Virus record (IMG/VR): IMGVR_UViG_3300017991_000002
Location: 62,001 to 126,000 of that record
Length of the DNA: 64,000 bases
Strand: one strand, 5' to 3'
In this document: positions 17,951 through 27,601 of the stretch, piece after piece
How positions within the stretch are numbered: the stretch's first letter is position 1
Layout: each line of letters opens with the position of its first letter
The notes under the pieces: model-generated
Told to the model about the DNA's origin: nothing
The model's input: the letters and a program-made list of their open reading frames with translations, nothing else
Databases searched by the model: none
Made by a program: the position numbers and the translations under genes

Positions 17951-18373
17951 ATGAATCTCTGGGCATGGACATTCAACGTAAAACAAGAGATGGTAGAGAC
18001 TAATGAGAAGAAAGAAAATGGGAAACCGAGGTTTAAGTCCGCTTATAAGCTTAATCAAGTGTTCCCCAAAGTTATTCAAGGAGGCAGGATCAAGAAGGAA
18101 TGGAGCGGGGGAGAAGTTGGAAAAGGGAAGCTTTACAGGAATGTGGAGTTTACAGACAACGAGCACAAAAGAAGAACGGCCAGAGCTTTTGAGGAGGCAA
18201 ACAGGGAGATAAATCGTCTTCTTAATGATGGGAGGAATCTTATGGGTGTCGTCGTTTGTGAGAAGGACGGCAAATACGGCATCTCCGTATGTTCAGCATA
18301 CGAAGATAAGTTCAAGCTTCCCAGGGGGATTGATATCGCGAGGGGGAGAGTGGTCAAGGCATTGAACACATAA
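17951..18373 (+). CDS. Hypothetical protein
   Basis: GGAGGAG RBS; G.SVCS..DKF....G..IA.GR. Confidence 0.8.
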   Translation: MNLWAWTFNVKQEMVETNEKKENGKPRFKSAYKLNQVFPKVIQGGRIKKEWSGGEVGKGKLYRNVEFTDNEHKRRTARAFEEANREINRLLNDGRNLMGVVVCEKDGKYGISVCSAYEDKFKLPRGIDIARGRVVKALNT

Positions 18374-18386
18374 TTCCGTAATAAGG

Positions 18387-18426
18387 CAGGGAGGATCCGT
18401 CGTCTTCTTAGCACGGATCCTCCCTG
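18387..18426. repeat. Perfect 14-bp inverted repeat
   Basis: CAGGGAGGATCCGT-N12-ACGGATCCTCCCTG; no U tract. Confidence 0.85.
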
Positions 18427-18463
18427 GGGGAGATACAGAGTAACTCTTTCGGTAGGTAAGACT

Positions 18464-18604
18464 ATGGAAGGATGGATTATTGTTAATGTTGAATTTGACG
18501 AAGTGTACGATCCCGAGATTTATAGATCGTACGAGGAGGCCAAGTCATCAGAATATGCTGACTTGGATAATGCCATGATTATTAAGATAGGCACATTTAA
18601 CTAG
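18464..18604 (+). CDS. 46-aa acidic protein
   Basis: MEGWIIVNVEFDEVYDPE...; fills the gap. Confidence 0.5.
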   Translation: MEGWIIVNVEFDEVYDPEIYRSYEEAKSSEYADLDNAMIIKIGTFN

Positions 18605-18618
18605 GGAGGAGGTTCTAT

Positions 18619-19065
18619 ATGACTTCAGTAAGATCTTATGCCGTCCTTGGGGTAAGGATTGATAAAGAGAAGCTTTATAAGAGGGTAAGAATCAGGGGAT
18701 GTCAAGAGTGCGATGATGAGGGGGGAATCTCTCCCAAGAATGAGATGTGCCCAGATGAGGAGTCAAGCAAGAACTTCACTTACTGTCCTGTATGTGGCCA
18801 TGCCCCATTTTGTGATGAGTTGATTCCCATAGAAGGATTTGATCCATGGGATTTAACGCTTCATAGAGAGGAGCTAATATCCTCCCATGAGGACTTCTAC
18901 TATGGAGTATGGTCACAGGACTCATGGGATGGCCGTGACTGTGCAAACTTCACAGGGTTGATGGATCCGGCAGCGGCAATGGAAGAGATTAAAAACTTCC
19001 TCGAGCCTCTAGGGTTATGGAACCCCGACGAGTTCGGGATATGGGGTATACTGGACGCATCATGA
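18619..19065 (+). CDS. Hypothetical protein with Zn-finger insert
   Basis: GGAGG RBS; CQEC, CPVCG. Confidence 0.75.
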   Translation: MTSVRSYAVLGVRIDKEKLYKRVRIRGCQECDDEGGISPKNEMCPDEESSKNFTYCPVCGHAPFCDELIPIEGFDPWDLTLHREELISSHEDFYYGVWSQDSWDGRDCANFTGLMDPAAAMEEIKNFLEPLGLWNPDEFGIWGILDAS

Positions 19066-19238
19066 AAGCAAAAAGGTGGTATTTGAAGTGGCCGTTGGAT
19101 GCCTATGCACTCGGCCCAAAAGAGTTCGAAAAACCTGTAAGTGAGAAGGAGGTCAGGGATTTTGCCCGGAGATGGGAGGGAGTCAAGCGTCTTCCTCAAG
19201 GGTTTCATTGTTGGCCTGCTTCAGAGAAAGGAAATTGA
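19062..19238 (+). CDS. Small hypothetical protein
   Basis: ATGA overlap; V.RLP.GF.CW. Confidence 0.65.
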   Translation: MKAKRWYLKWPLDAYALGPKEFEKPVSEKEVRDFARRWEGVKRLPQGFHCWPASEKGN

Positions 19239-19239
19239 A

Positions 19240-19554
19240 ATGGATAATTTATGGGACTTCTATCATGGGGAAATTCCAGGGTACGTTGTTTCTGCTGATG
19301 AGGAATCTTTCACCTTAAATATACGAGGGGTTCTCGATGAACGGATAGAACTTGTGGTTACTGTGAACGATGTTGCGGAGTACTTCGCTACACAGGCTCG
19401 ATCGATGTCGGGAATGAGATCACTGGCTGGTCACTACGGAGATTGGAGGCAAATAGATCAACTGGCACAGGAAGTATTATCATGGTTCAAATTTGTGAAT
19501 ATAGAGGGAATGAGAAAAGCGTCTTTGTCTCTTGGATTGATCCCAAAGTTCTAG
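19240..19554 (+). CDS. Hypothetical protein
   Basis: AAGGA RBS. Confidence 0.7.
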   Translation: MDNLWDFYHGEIPGYVVSADEESFTLNIRGVLDERIELVVTVNDVAEYFATQARSMSGMRSLAGHYGDWRQIDQLAQEVLSWFKFVNIEGMRKASLSLGLIPKF

Positions 19555-19566
19555 GAGGGTAAGAAT

Positions 19567-19947
19567 ATGCTAATAATAAAACCATTGGATGATATTCACG
19601 GTCCCGAGTCAGAGAACACTATTCAAGATCTTTATAGGTTGTACAATTGCGTAAAGGTCAATCTTCCAGAGGATGAATCAAAGTGGGTCTCTGGTAATGG
19701 CGAGGGTGTATGGGCTGCTCCTTGCTCTGAGGAGGACTCTCAAAAATGTCGGGATGATAACAGCTACCATGAAGATGCTTTTGTCAGATTAATGAATCAG
19801 CCCCTTTTTCACCCACTTATCTGGGGAGATAAAATCAGGGTACAGACACGAGGTGATAAAAGACCTGTCGCCTATTTGGAGGAGATGTCCGAGGAAGACA
19901 TGAAGGGATACATTAACAGGCTCCTTGCAGAGGATGAAAAAGAGTAA
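19567..19947 (+). CDS. Hypothetical protein
   Basis: GGAGG RBS; GNGEGVW motif. Confidence 0.75.
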   Translation: MLIIKPLDDIHGPESENTIQDLYRLYNCVKVNLPEDESKWVSGNGEGVWAAPCSEEDSQKCRDDNSYHEDAFVRLMNQPLFHPLIWGDKIRVQTRGDKRPVAYLEEMSEEDMKGYINRLLAEDEKE

Positions 19948-20262
19948 ATGGACGAAAGGATGCAACATATTCAGAATATGGCGGAAAGGCGTGGGTCTGC
20001 AATCGTGTGTAAACTGAACCTCGAGGATTCCTCCCGTAACCGCTCGCAGCTCACGGTTCGTGTAGATTCAACAGGTTGGTTATCTTATCAGTTAGGAAAC
20101 GGGTCCCTGAGCAACCTGCAATGCAGTGGATTCGGCCCAGAAAGATTTGATAGACATGATACGGTTAATGAACTTGCTAAGACCATAAAATTCTGGGTTA
20201 GGGGAGGCACAAGAAAGGTGCTGGCAGTTATCACTGGAAAGGAGATGTATGATGCCGGCTGA
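19948..20262 (+). CDS. Hypothetical protein
   Basis: Abuts the upstream stop. Confidence 0.7.
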   Translation: MDERMQHIQNMAERRGSAIVCKLNLEDSSRNRSQLTVRVDSTGWLSYQLGNGSLSNLQCSGFGPERFDRHDTVNELAKTIKFWVRGGTRKVLAVITGKEMYDAG

Positions 20263-20566
20263 AATGAAATCAGAAGTAACATTCGAAGTTGACGCAAGAT
20301 CTCTGGCCAAAGCATTTTGTGATATGGGTTCCAACGAACAGGCCGAGTTCTTTTCCCATGTCCGATTCTTCAGTTCGCAGTGGGAGGACGGTACTTGGGT
20401 TCATCAGGCACATTGGATCTGTGAGGACTTGAGTGAGGATGGGAGATACATTCTTAGGGCATTTCTCGCTTACCTCTCACCGGGAGAGAAAGCACCGAAT
20501 CCTCCTAAAAATGTGAGAAAATCTGTCGGATCAACAGCAACCAGGAAACTTACCGTTAAAAAGTAA
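20249..20566 (+). CDS. Hypothetical protein with RKLTV tag
   Basis: LA.AFC.M...EQA.FF; ends ATRKLTVKK*. Confidence 0.8.
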   Translation: MMPAEMKSEVTFEVDARSLAKAFCDMGSNEQAEFFSHVRFFSSQWEDGTWVHQAHWICEDLSEDGRYILRAFLAYLSPGEKAPNPPKNVRKSVGSTATRKLTVKK

Positions 20567-20574
20567 GGAGATGT

Positions 20575-20901
20575 ATGATGGCTTATGAAAATCAGATCAA
20601 GTGTAATCGGTGTGGGAAGTCTATACTTCCCATGCCGGAGGACGCCTCTCCAGAAGAGTTGTTATGCGATGGCTGTTATGAGTCAGAGCAGGTAAAAGCT
20701 GCATATGAGAATAGTGAATGTCCTGATTGTGGCGAGGCAATACCTGTCCATGTAAAAGAGGGTGAAGCCTGTAGGAACTGTGGCCATGTGTTTTGGAGTG
20801 ACCACACAAAAGAGAATAGCGATTATTGCCCAAAATGCGGTTGCCATTGGATTACTCACAATGACGACGGAAGCTGCGTCGATAATAAGGAGGCGGAATG
20901 A
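20575..20901 (+). CDS. Multi-Zn-finger protein
   Basis: Five CxxC pairs. Confidence 0.8.
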   Translation: MMAYENQIKCNRCGKSILPMPEDASPEELLCDGCYESEQVKAAYENSECPDCGEAIPVHVKEGEACRNCGHVFWSDHTKENSDYCPKCGCHWITHNDDGSCVDNKEAE

Positions 20902-21095
20902 GCAAACGTCTGGTTACAACCATACCCGTGGGTAACTTGAGGTACCTTCGGGAGAAGCTAGGGGAGAGAGCTTTTCAGGACGCTGTCCAGCAGGTGGTGC
21001 ACAGGGTAGGGGCCGAACTGAGAGAAGAGCTTTTATCTCATGCGGACAACTATTCAAATGAGTGGTATCATATTCGGATTGAGCCGGGCCGATGA
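20898..21095 (+). CDS. Hypothetical protein
   Basis: AGGAGG RBS, ATGA overlap. Confidence 0.65.
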   Translation: MSKRLVTTIPVGNLRYLREKLGERAFQDAVQQVVHRVGAELREELLSHADNYSNEWYHIRIEPGR

Positions 21096-21212
21096 TGGAG
21101 ATTATTGCGATAAGTGCGGTCTTGGTCCAGAAAACCATAAACCAGATGGGGCATGCGATGATGATTGGGCCAAGCACCCTAACCCTGCAGGTCCTGGTTA
21201 CATAGAGGATGT

Positions 21213-21767
21213 ATGAGAGAAATAACTGATTATCTTGACTCCCTTGTAGAGGAGTGGATAGAGAAAGTAAAACCACTGATAGTTACGAGAGCCTCAGACA
21301 CAGCCAGCTTCGTAGAGTATTGGTGGATTAAACGATCTGAGCTACACGAAGACAGAGTATCTCAATGGAGCAATATAACAAAGGGTACCGAGTATACAGC
21401 TGAAATGTTTTACAATGCCGAGTCTTGGGAGGAGGCGGCCCATGTATGTCTTGCAGCGGGCTTTTCGTCGTTTGAGACTAAACCTGAGCACGCCTGGTGC
21501 GGTGATCTTGTTCGACTGGCCGATGATATGGTTATTGCAATAAATGACAGGTATCCGCACATCGGCTGGCCCTGGGCGTGTAGAAATCATATTCCGGAAA
21601 GGCTTGAATGCATAGCACCGAAGGAGGACTTTGGTGTGTACAGTTTATTCGAAAGGATAATGGCGGAGCAGATCATCACGTTTGCTTTATGGGTCCCGCT
21701 TTGTATGTGTGATGACAGCCCGCCCCTGCTTACCCCGAAACTCAGTGTGGTTGGAGGTAAGCTATGA
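21213..21767 (+). CDS. Hypothetical protein
   Basis: GAGG RBS, 184 aa. Confidence 0.75.
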   Translation: MREITDYLDSLVEEWIEKVKPLIVTRASDTASFVEYWWIKRSELHEDRVSQWSNITKGTEYTAEMFYNAESWEEAAHVCLAAGFSSFETKPEHAWCGDLVRLADDMVIAINDRYPHIGWPWACRNHIPERLECIAPKEDFGVYSLFERIMAEQIITFALWVPLCMCDDSPPLLTPKLSVVGGKL

Positions 21768-22009
21768 GGTTCTACAAAACCGTAATCATGATGGAGGTGC
21801 TGTCAGACTCTGATGGCCCCTCCGTCCCAGACATGGAGCTCATAGATCTTGCCGAGCAGGTAGTTCATGGTGACATGAGTGCTAAGTGGGATGTGACTCA
21901 GCACTATGAGATTAATCGTGAGCAGTTTATTAAAGAGTGCGAGCTACAAGGAACGTACCCGGGGTTCTTCCTCGGAGATGATTATGAAGATGAGGAGGAT
22001 GATGATTAA
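21764..22009 (+). CDS. Acidic conserved phage protein
   Basis: FYKTV...EVLS...QG..PGFF. Confidence 0.75.
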   Translation: MRFYKTVIMMEVLSDSDGPSVPDMELIDLAEQVVHGDMSAKWDVTQHYEINREQFIKECELQGTYPGFFLGDDYEDEEDDD

Positions 22010-22160
22010 ACGCATATTGTACTTCCTGAGACGAATAGATCTCTACTTCACGGGGGGTTGGGAGCTTTGTGGTAACTGTAAACGCTTCAGTCCCTCTCGT
22101 TATCTATGGTGCCCTTATTGCGGGGGCGACGAGAGGAGGTATCGAGATTATGGCGGATAG
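22002..22160 (+). CDS. Small Zn-ribbon protein
   Basis: CGNC...CPYCG. Confidence 0.6.
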   Translation: MIKRILYFLRRIDLYFTGGWELCGNCKRFSPSRYLWCPYCGGDERRYRDYGG

Positions 22161-22506
22161 AGTATTTCTTCCACCGAATTACATAAAAGCGCCTGACTTA
22201 CATCCACTGGATACGTATATGGAGAGGTATGAGGAGTATCGGAGGGCTATACAGGCTTTTTGTGAGGAGCAAGGTAAAGGGTCATTTCGAGGCCGGGAGA
22301 TAAGGTTTCCCGTAGCTGATGGGTACGCATGCTATTTTATATTTAGCCTTAGGCCAGTGGTCTTGATAAAGGATGATAGTGGGGACGGCTGGGACTATGC
22401 CCACATCGATGACTTGAAAGTCAGTACCCTCAAAGAGGAGGCTGAAAGACTCGAAAAACTTAACAAGCTGTTTGCAGGCAACAAGAAGGAGGAGGACGAT
22501 GCGTAA
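22150..22506 (+). CDS. Conserved phage protein
   Basis: G.EIRFPVADGYA.Y motif. Confidence 0.8.
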   Translation: MADRVFLPPNYIKAPDLHPLDTYMERYEEYRRAIQAFCEEQGKGSFRGREIRFPVADGYACYFIFSLRPVVLIKDDSGDGWDYAHIDDLKVSTLKEEAERLEKLNKLFAGNKKEEDDA

Positions 22507-22663
22507 ATATTTATGCTGGTTACTCGGGCACAGTTATATCTGCCTGTTCCGGTACCATTGGGGCACGGGCAACGTGCCGGACGGACGTCCGATGGGAAGT
22601 GAAGTATCGTGCTGGATGTGTCAGCACTGCGGCAAACAAAGGACGGAGCAGTATGATGGATAA
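22499..22663 (+). CDS. Small Cys/His protein (C.L.GH...C..CG)
   Basis: AGGAGG RBS; LCWLLGHSY...CQHCG. Confidence 0.65.
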   Translation: MRKYLCWLLGHSYICLFRYHWGTGNVPDGRPMGSEVSCWMCQHCGKQRTEQYDG

Positions 22664-23012
22664 CTACACACCCGGACCTTGGGACTGGAACATAGATGAG
22701 AGAGGATCGCTTACTCAGCAACGGTATAATCGTTACCATACTTTGTATGCTCGAGGGGGAGTAAAAGTTCTTCACCATTGGGATCAGTATTGTGATGATT
22801 CCGGCTTAGAATTATCCGACGAGGATGCTAAGTTAATTGAATCTGCTCCGGATCTTTTGGAGGCTTGTGAGAGTCTTCTTGACGCAGCCTCGGCCACAAC
22901 GGCAGGAGATACAGATTATTCTGCCTGGCACCGATGCACGGCTGCCGATATTGGGGGCATTCTCAATAAGGTTAGAATAGCCATAAAAAAGGCAAAGGGG
23001 GAGTTAATATGA
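22653..23012 (+). CDS. TPGPW...APDLL family protein, copy 1
   Basis: YTPGPW; DAKLIESAPDLLEAC; AIKKAKGE. Confidence 0.8.
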   Translation: MMDNYTPGPWDWNIDERGSLTQQRYNRYHTLYARGGVKVLHHWDQYCDDSGLELSDEDAKLIESAPDLLEACESLLDAASATTAGDTDYSAWHRCTAADIGGILNKVRIAIKKAKGELI

Positions 23013-23329
23013 AGGGAACTCACACACCTGGCCCGTGGTCAAGCCACCCAAATTGTAAGGAAGGTAAGGGAACCGCATCGTGGTCGATAATATCTGATGA
23101 TTCCTTTGCCACTATAGCAATTGTTTACAAAGAAAGTATCCCCTCCCAGCAAGAATCGAACGCTAAACTACTCGCAGCAGCCCCGGAATTGCTGTCTGCT
23201 CTGGACTATCTTTTATTACACACTGTGGATGATAACCTCAAACACGGGATCGGATTAACCGAAAATGAGGAAGAGGCCAGACAACGAGCGCTTGATGCAA
23301 TCGCAAAAGCGAAGGGAGAGGAAGCATGA
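23009..23329 (+). CDS. TPGPW...APELL family protein, copy 2
   Basis: HTPGPW; NAKLLAAAPELL; AIAKAKGE. Confidence 0.8.
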   Translation: MKGTHTPGPWSSHPNCKEGKGTASWSIISDDSFATIAIVYKESIPSQQESNAKLLAAAPELLSALDYLLLHTVDDNLKHGIGLTENEEEARQRALDAIAKAKGEEA

Positions 23330-23634
23330 GACGTGAAATTAAAGAAGTAATCAAAGAGTTTGAGGAGGTTCAGGAAAGTCTCAGGGACTTTGGAGCAGGA
23401 GATACGGAGCCCGATTGGGTATTCCATAACGTGATTCGATGCGCCGTTCAAGGGAAGGACTTTCCGGCAAACGAACCTGAGTATTGGGAGTTGTTTGAGA
23501 CCGAAGAGGGGTGGACAGAGGCTGCTCGGATGATGACAACAGCGGCCGAGAAGGTTTATAATTTCGTCCGCGAGGAGGCTAAGATAGCAGACATTGAATA
23601 TCTTCGGAGCTATTGCTGGCGTGTGGACTTTTGA
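23326..23634 (+). CDS. Hypothetical protein
   Basis: FGAGDTEP motif; ATGA overlap. Confidence 0.75.
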   Translation: MRREIKEVIKEFEEVQESLRDFGAGDTEPDWVFHNVIRCAVQGKDFPANEPEYWELFETEEGWTEAARMMTTAAEKVYNFVREEAKIADIEYLRSYCWRVDF

Positions 23635-24067
23635 GAGTAACACTGAGAAGACTGCGATTACGAGGCGGGCGCCTAGTGCGCCTGCCCGTCAGCTTAATAA
23701 GATGGGTCTCTTGAAGGGGAAAATGCTTGATTATGGATGCGGGAAGGGATTTGATGCTGAGTTCTATGGCATGGATAAGTATGATTGCTATTTTGAGCCA
23801 GAAAAGCCTGATGAGGCATATGACACAATAATTGCGGTCTATGTTTTAAATACCATATTCCCTGAAGAGGTAGAAACTATCGTCCGAGATATTCAAGGGT
23901 TTCTCAAGGATGAGGGAATTGCTTACCTGGCAGTCAGGCGTGATATTAAGCGTGAAGGATTTACCCAACGTAGGACATACCAGTGGACTGTCGTGCTAAA
24001 CTTGCCTGTCGTTTATGAGAATACCCGATTCTGCATTTACCAGCTAAGGAAAGGAGATATTTTATGA
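23594..24067 (+). CDS. Class I SAM-dependent methyltransferase-like protein (start uncertain)
   Basis: LDYGCGKGFD, YD, YVLN motifs. Confidence 0.75.
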   Translation: MNIFGAIAGVWTFESNTEKTAITRRAPSAPARQLNKMGLLKGKMLDYGCGKGFDAEFYGMDKYDCYFEPEKPDEAYDTIIAVYVLNTIFPEEVETIVRDIQGFLKDEGIAYLAVRRDIKREGFTQRRTYQWTVVLNLPVVYENTRFCIYQLRKGDIL

Positions 24068-24103
24068 GCTTTACAAAAGAAAGAGCAGTTCAGGAGGAAA
24101 ACC

Positions 24104-24286
24104 ATGTTTCTTAACTTCTATCAGTGTTCCGAATGTGCTCACGAGTGGTATGATGTATATGAGCACACATGTGACGATCGATGTCCATTATGTAATACGT
24201 CGAATTCTCCTTACAAGAGTGAAGATATTCTTAAGGCCGCCAGAACGCTAGATGGCCACCACAGAAGGAAGGGATCCAATGTCTGA
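24104..24286 (+). CDS. Small Zn-ribbon protein
   Basis: AGGAGG RBS; CSEC..EW...CDDRCPLC. Confidence 0.7.
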   Translation: MFLNFYQCSECAHEWYDVYEHTCDDRCPLCNTSNSPYKSEDILKAARTLDGHHRRKGSNV

Positions 24287-24539
24287 GGATTTTTTCGAGG
24301 TAGAACAGCCGGATTTGAGGAGGTATAATGGAGAATGTGAAGTAACATTCCCTGTAAGCTATACCTATAATGGGGGTATAATCATAGATGGTAAGTGGTA
24401 TAAAGGGTTCAGGGTTCCTTACCCTAAATTGCGGGAAGGTTTCACATTGAAGACCCTGGGGGTCGGATTAGACCTCAATCAAAAGCCTCCTCGGGCTACT
24501 ATGCTGCTTACAAAAGCAGGGAAGGAAGATAAGAAATGA
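24279..24539 (+). CDS. Hypothetical protein
   Basis: Coupled ORF. Confidence 0.7.
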   Translation: MSEDFFEVEQPDLRRYNGECEVTFPVSYTYNGGIIIDGKWYKGFRVPYPKLREGFTLKTLGVGLDLNQKPPRATMLLTKAGKEDKK

Positions 24540-24955
24540 CCAACAACGAAGAAAGGCTGATCAAAGTATTAAAGAGTTTCATCAACGTAACTGGAAATGA
24601 TGAAGGAGAGATCCTGGAGTACGTAAGACAGGAGGCGATAGGATTAATTAGAGACCTTCAAAGGGAGGAAAGATATAAGACCACACCTCCCCCCTGGTCC
24701 GTAGAACTCAATTACTTTCCCAGCGAGGAGGATAAGGCCCCTGTATTCCGTATATTTACTGAGGCACCAGGGTCATCCGGACGGGAGCAACTCCCCGATG
24801 AGGTGGACGGCAATCGTTTTCTGATAGAAGCCGCTCCTGACTTATATGATGTATGCATGAGAGCATGGAACTTTATCCATGACCACGTCCCGGGAGAGAG
24901 CGAGAAAATCAGGAGCCAGATTAATGTGGCCATGAACAAGGCAGAAGGAAAATAG
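24536..24955 (+). CDS. TPGPW-like family protein, copy 3
   Basis: TTPPPW; NRFLIEAAPDLY; AMNKAEG. Confidence 0.75.
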   Translation: MTNNEERLIKVLKSFINVTGNDEGEILEYVRQEAIGLIRDLQREERYKTTPPPWSVELNYFPSEEDKAPVFRIFTEAPGSSGREQLPDEVDGNRFLIEAAPDLYDVCMRAWNFIHDHVPGESEKIRSQINVAMNKAEGK

Positions 24956-24972
24956 ATACAGGAGGATTGATT

Positions 24973-25506
24973 ATGCCTTATATTTGGACCGAGCCAGAAC
25001 TATTCCTCGAACATCGAGGAGTTAAAGTATGGCATTGTTATGAGGACGATAATGTATCTGAGCATTGGTTTACTACAGACCCAGCCGTTGGGTTGGATAG
25101 TGATGACAGAGATAAGTACACCTTTGATGCCAGAGATTTACCATTGATAATCGGTATGACCAAGGGAGATTATGACCTCCGGATACGGTGCGCCATTGAT
25201 AATGAGGGTTTGAAGCTGCCAGAAAGTCAAAGTTACCATAAATGCAGCAGTAATCCGAATTCGCAACTGGCTACTGAGATCAGTCGGTTGGTTTACTTTA
25301 AGCAGAAGGCAATAAGCAATGGATCGGGGAATGAATACAAGGTTGCCTGGTGCGGACTTTCCGGGGAATACATTGTTCAAGTGCTGTCAATAGAAGGAGG
25401 AGAGGAGGAGTGGCTTTGCCTTCATAAGGTTGACGGTGAATCGTCTGATCCAGAACGTTACTTCGAGAAGACCGGTAAGAGTTACAAGGAGGATTTTGAT
25501 GGATGA
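24973..25506 (+). CDS. Hypothetical protein
   Basis: MPY.W.EPELFLEH.GV.V.H.Y.DD; FD.R.LP. Confidence 0.8.
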   Translation: MPYIWTEPELFLEHRGVKVWHCYEDDNVSEHWFTTDPAVGLDSDDRDKYTFDARDLPLIIGMTKGDYDLRIRCAIDNEGLKLPESQSYHKCSSNPNSQLATEISRLVYFKQKAISNGSGNEYKVAWCGLSGEYIVQVLSIEGGEEEWLCLHKVDGESSDPERYFEKTGKSYKEDFDG

Positions 25507-25693
25507 TATAATTACAAAGGAATTGAAAAAGGAAAGTATCGATTTCCTTAAAGGTGTGAAGTATGGTATCTGGATGTTTGCTTGGTGGAAGGACGGTGAG
25601 CAATTTGTGGGGTCTGGGTCAACCAGGTTAAGGGACATTACGGAAGAAATTGATAGACTGATCGAACATAAGCGGAAAAATGTTTCCGAATAA
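25499..25693 (+). CDS. Small conserved phage protein
   Basis: FAWWKDG.Q.VG. Confidence 0.7.
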   Translation: MDDIITKELKKESIDFLKGVKYGIWMFAWWKDGEQFVGSGSTRLRDITEEIDRLIEHKRKNVSE

Positions 25694-25743
25694 CGATCGA
25701 TCTTTGTAATAATCAGCAACATTTATCCAAGAAAGGAAAAACA

Positions 25744-26139
25744 ATGAGTGGACCAGAAACCCCGGCAGAAAAGTCATGGAGCTTACTCCATGGAATACAG
25801 ACAGATCTTACCTCTATTCTCGATGAGCTCAAAAGAAGCTCGTCGAATTCAATACAAAGTAAAGGCATGCTGAAACTCTCCTTACGGTATGTGATTAAGA
25901 CCATCCAGGAAATAAAGGATATCCTTTATCCCATGGAAGAAGAGAACAGTAGATTATTTGAGCTGGCGAATAGTGTGTCTGACTACCTCAGCCTTAGGAG
26001 GAACTGTATAGTGAATCAAGGGGCAGTGGGTGGACTAGAGCAGGCCGAAGTCGATAAAATTGATGACATGTTAGCATTGATTAAATCAATCAAGAACATG
26101 AAGGAGAAGAAAAATGATCTCTCTATTGATATTAACTAA
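25744..26139 (+). CDS. Helical hypothetical protein
   Basis: AAGGA RBS. Confidence 0.7.
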   Translation: MSGPETPAEKSWSLLHGIQTDLTSILDELKRSSSNSIQSKGMLKLSLRYVIKTIQEIKDILYPMEEENSRLFELANSVSDYLSLRRNCIVNQGAVGGLEQAEVDKIDDMLALIKSIKNMKEKKNDLSIDIN

Positions 26140-26280
26140 GCTAATCTGTTTGTTCTTGACTGTCTTGTTCGGAACTACAATAGTCGTCCGGCAAACCAAT
26201 AACAGTCCGGTAACTTCTTTTCACCTTATTCCGTGGTCTATCGGGGCCACGGGATTCATCTTTCTCCAATGGTTAATGTA

Positions 26281-26649
26281 ATGGAAGAGACTGAATTAAG
26301 GCAATTAGCTCTCGATATTGCTGATGGTAAGGTGTTTGGTTCTTGGAGTCTCTGGGGGACTCAACACCTTCTTCAGATAGTCTTTATGCCTTTGGCCTTC
26401 ATGTCGAGGGAAGATTTGGAGGCTATGACCGAGAAAAAGGTTGTTCACCTTTACGAATACCTCAGCGAGGCCGGTCCACGTTGTATAAATGGCTATCCGA
26501 TATTCACGTCTTTTCGAACGATAACGGAGAAGGAGTGGGAATGGCTCGTTCCGGTTATTGAAAAACTATTGAAGCATAAGGAAAGTTTCCTCAAGAAGAG
26601 TGCCCCCAAGAAACAGCGGGGGAAAAAGAAAGGAAAGAAGAATGCCTAA
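26281..26649 (+). CDS. Conserved phage protein (start uncertain)
   Basis: VFMPL, YEYLS.AGPR.INGYPIF.S. Confidence 0.75.
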   Translation: MEETELRQLALDIADGKVFGSWSLWGTQHLLQIVFMPLAFMSREDLEAMTEKKVVHLYEYLSEAGPRCINGYPIFTSFRTITEKEWEWLVPVIEKLLKHKESFLKKSAPKKQRGKKKGKKNA

Positions 26650-27314
26650 TTGGGTATACATCTATCTGACAGTGTCGGGGAAACCTGAGCACTTAAGTGA
26701 GTTCAAGAGGGCTGTTAGGTATACAGAGGAGGGGGGTAGAAATCCCCTTCAGTTTCCACAAGATACTCCCCTCTCCAGAAGAATTTAAAGGAGTCCTTGT
26801 GGGTGGGTGTACCATTGACGGAGAGAGTGTCAGGGTTTGGAGGGAGGAGATAGTTAATGGGGAGAAAAGAGCGGTCAAAATTCCGGACGAAACCTTGGAG
26901 GAGTGGAGAATAAAATACGGGGCAGACAACTGGTATGACTGGAACAATCAAAATTGGGGAACGAAGTGGGATGCCTGTGACCTCGAGTTTGAGGAATCTC
27001 CCACCGATGAGTTTGTGACCATCAGATTTAATACTGCGTGGTCGTTCCCGGAGCCTGTCTTTGATGAATTGTTCGAAATGTTTCCAGACCTTACGTTCGA
27101 GGGCGATATTGAAGAGGAAGGTGGTCTTTTTCACGGTTATATTACGGGTTGTGGTTATGAACTTATCGACGGGCCCAGTCCGACCCAGCAGGAGCGATGG
27201 GAGAGTGAAGAAGAGGAGTTGGAGATAGAGAGTTTCAATGAACTTTTTAATCCACCTGTTCCTGAGAAGGGGTCATCGAGAAAGATTAAAATCAATAAAG
27301 GAGGTGTATTGTGA
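26642..27314 (+). pseudogene. Api92/YubB (DUF1281)-like protein split by a frameshift at a G6 run; RKIKI tag
   Basis: MPNW... in one frame; F.F.KILP, WYDW...NWGTKWDA, FNTAWS.P in the +1 frame. Confidence 0.7.
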
Positions 27315-27592
27315 GATTTGTAGTTCCTGAAGATGAATGGGAAGATACCGGGGATGGAAGATTACTGGTGACAATATACATTAACGGCACTCCGATGCAT
27401 TTGGAAGCCATAGAGGTGGAAGTCAGTGAGCCTCCTGACGAATACCATCGTGGTGAGCAGATGGCCAAGGATCCTTTAATGGAATCCTATTTCGACGGCC
27501 TATTTGATGCTTGCGAACCGGATGGCTACTTTCATGAGACGGTTATAAGAGGCAGACGTTACGTCCTATTTGCCCAACCGTACAGTCAGTAG
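27311..27592 (+). CDS. Acidic hypothetical protein
   Basis: GGAGGT RBS, GTGA overlap; ING..MHLEAIEV. Confidence 0.75.
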   Translation: MRFVVPEDEWEDTGDGRLLVTIYINGTPMHLEAIEVEVSEPPDEYHRGEQMAKDPLMESYFDGLFDACEPDGYFHETVIRGRRYVLFAQPYSQ

Positions 27593-27601
27593 GAGACCAG
27601 G

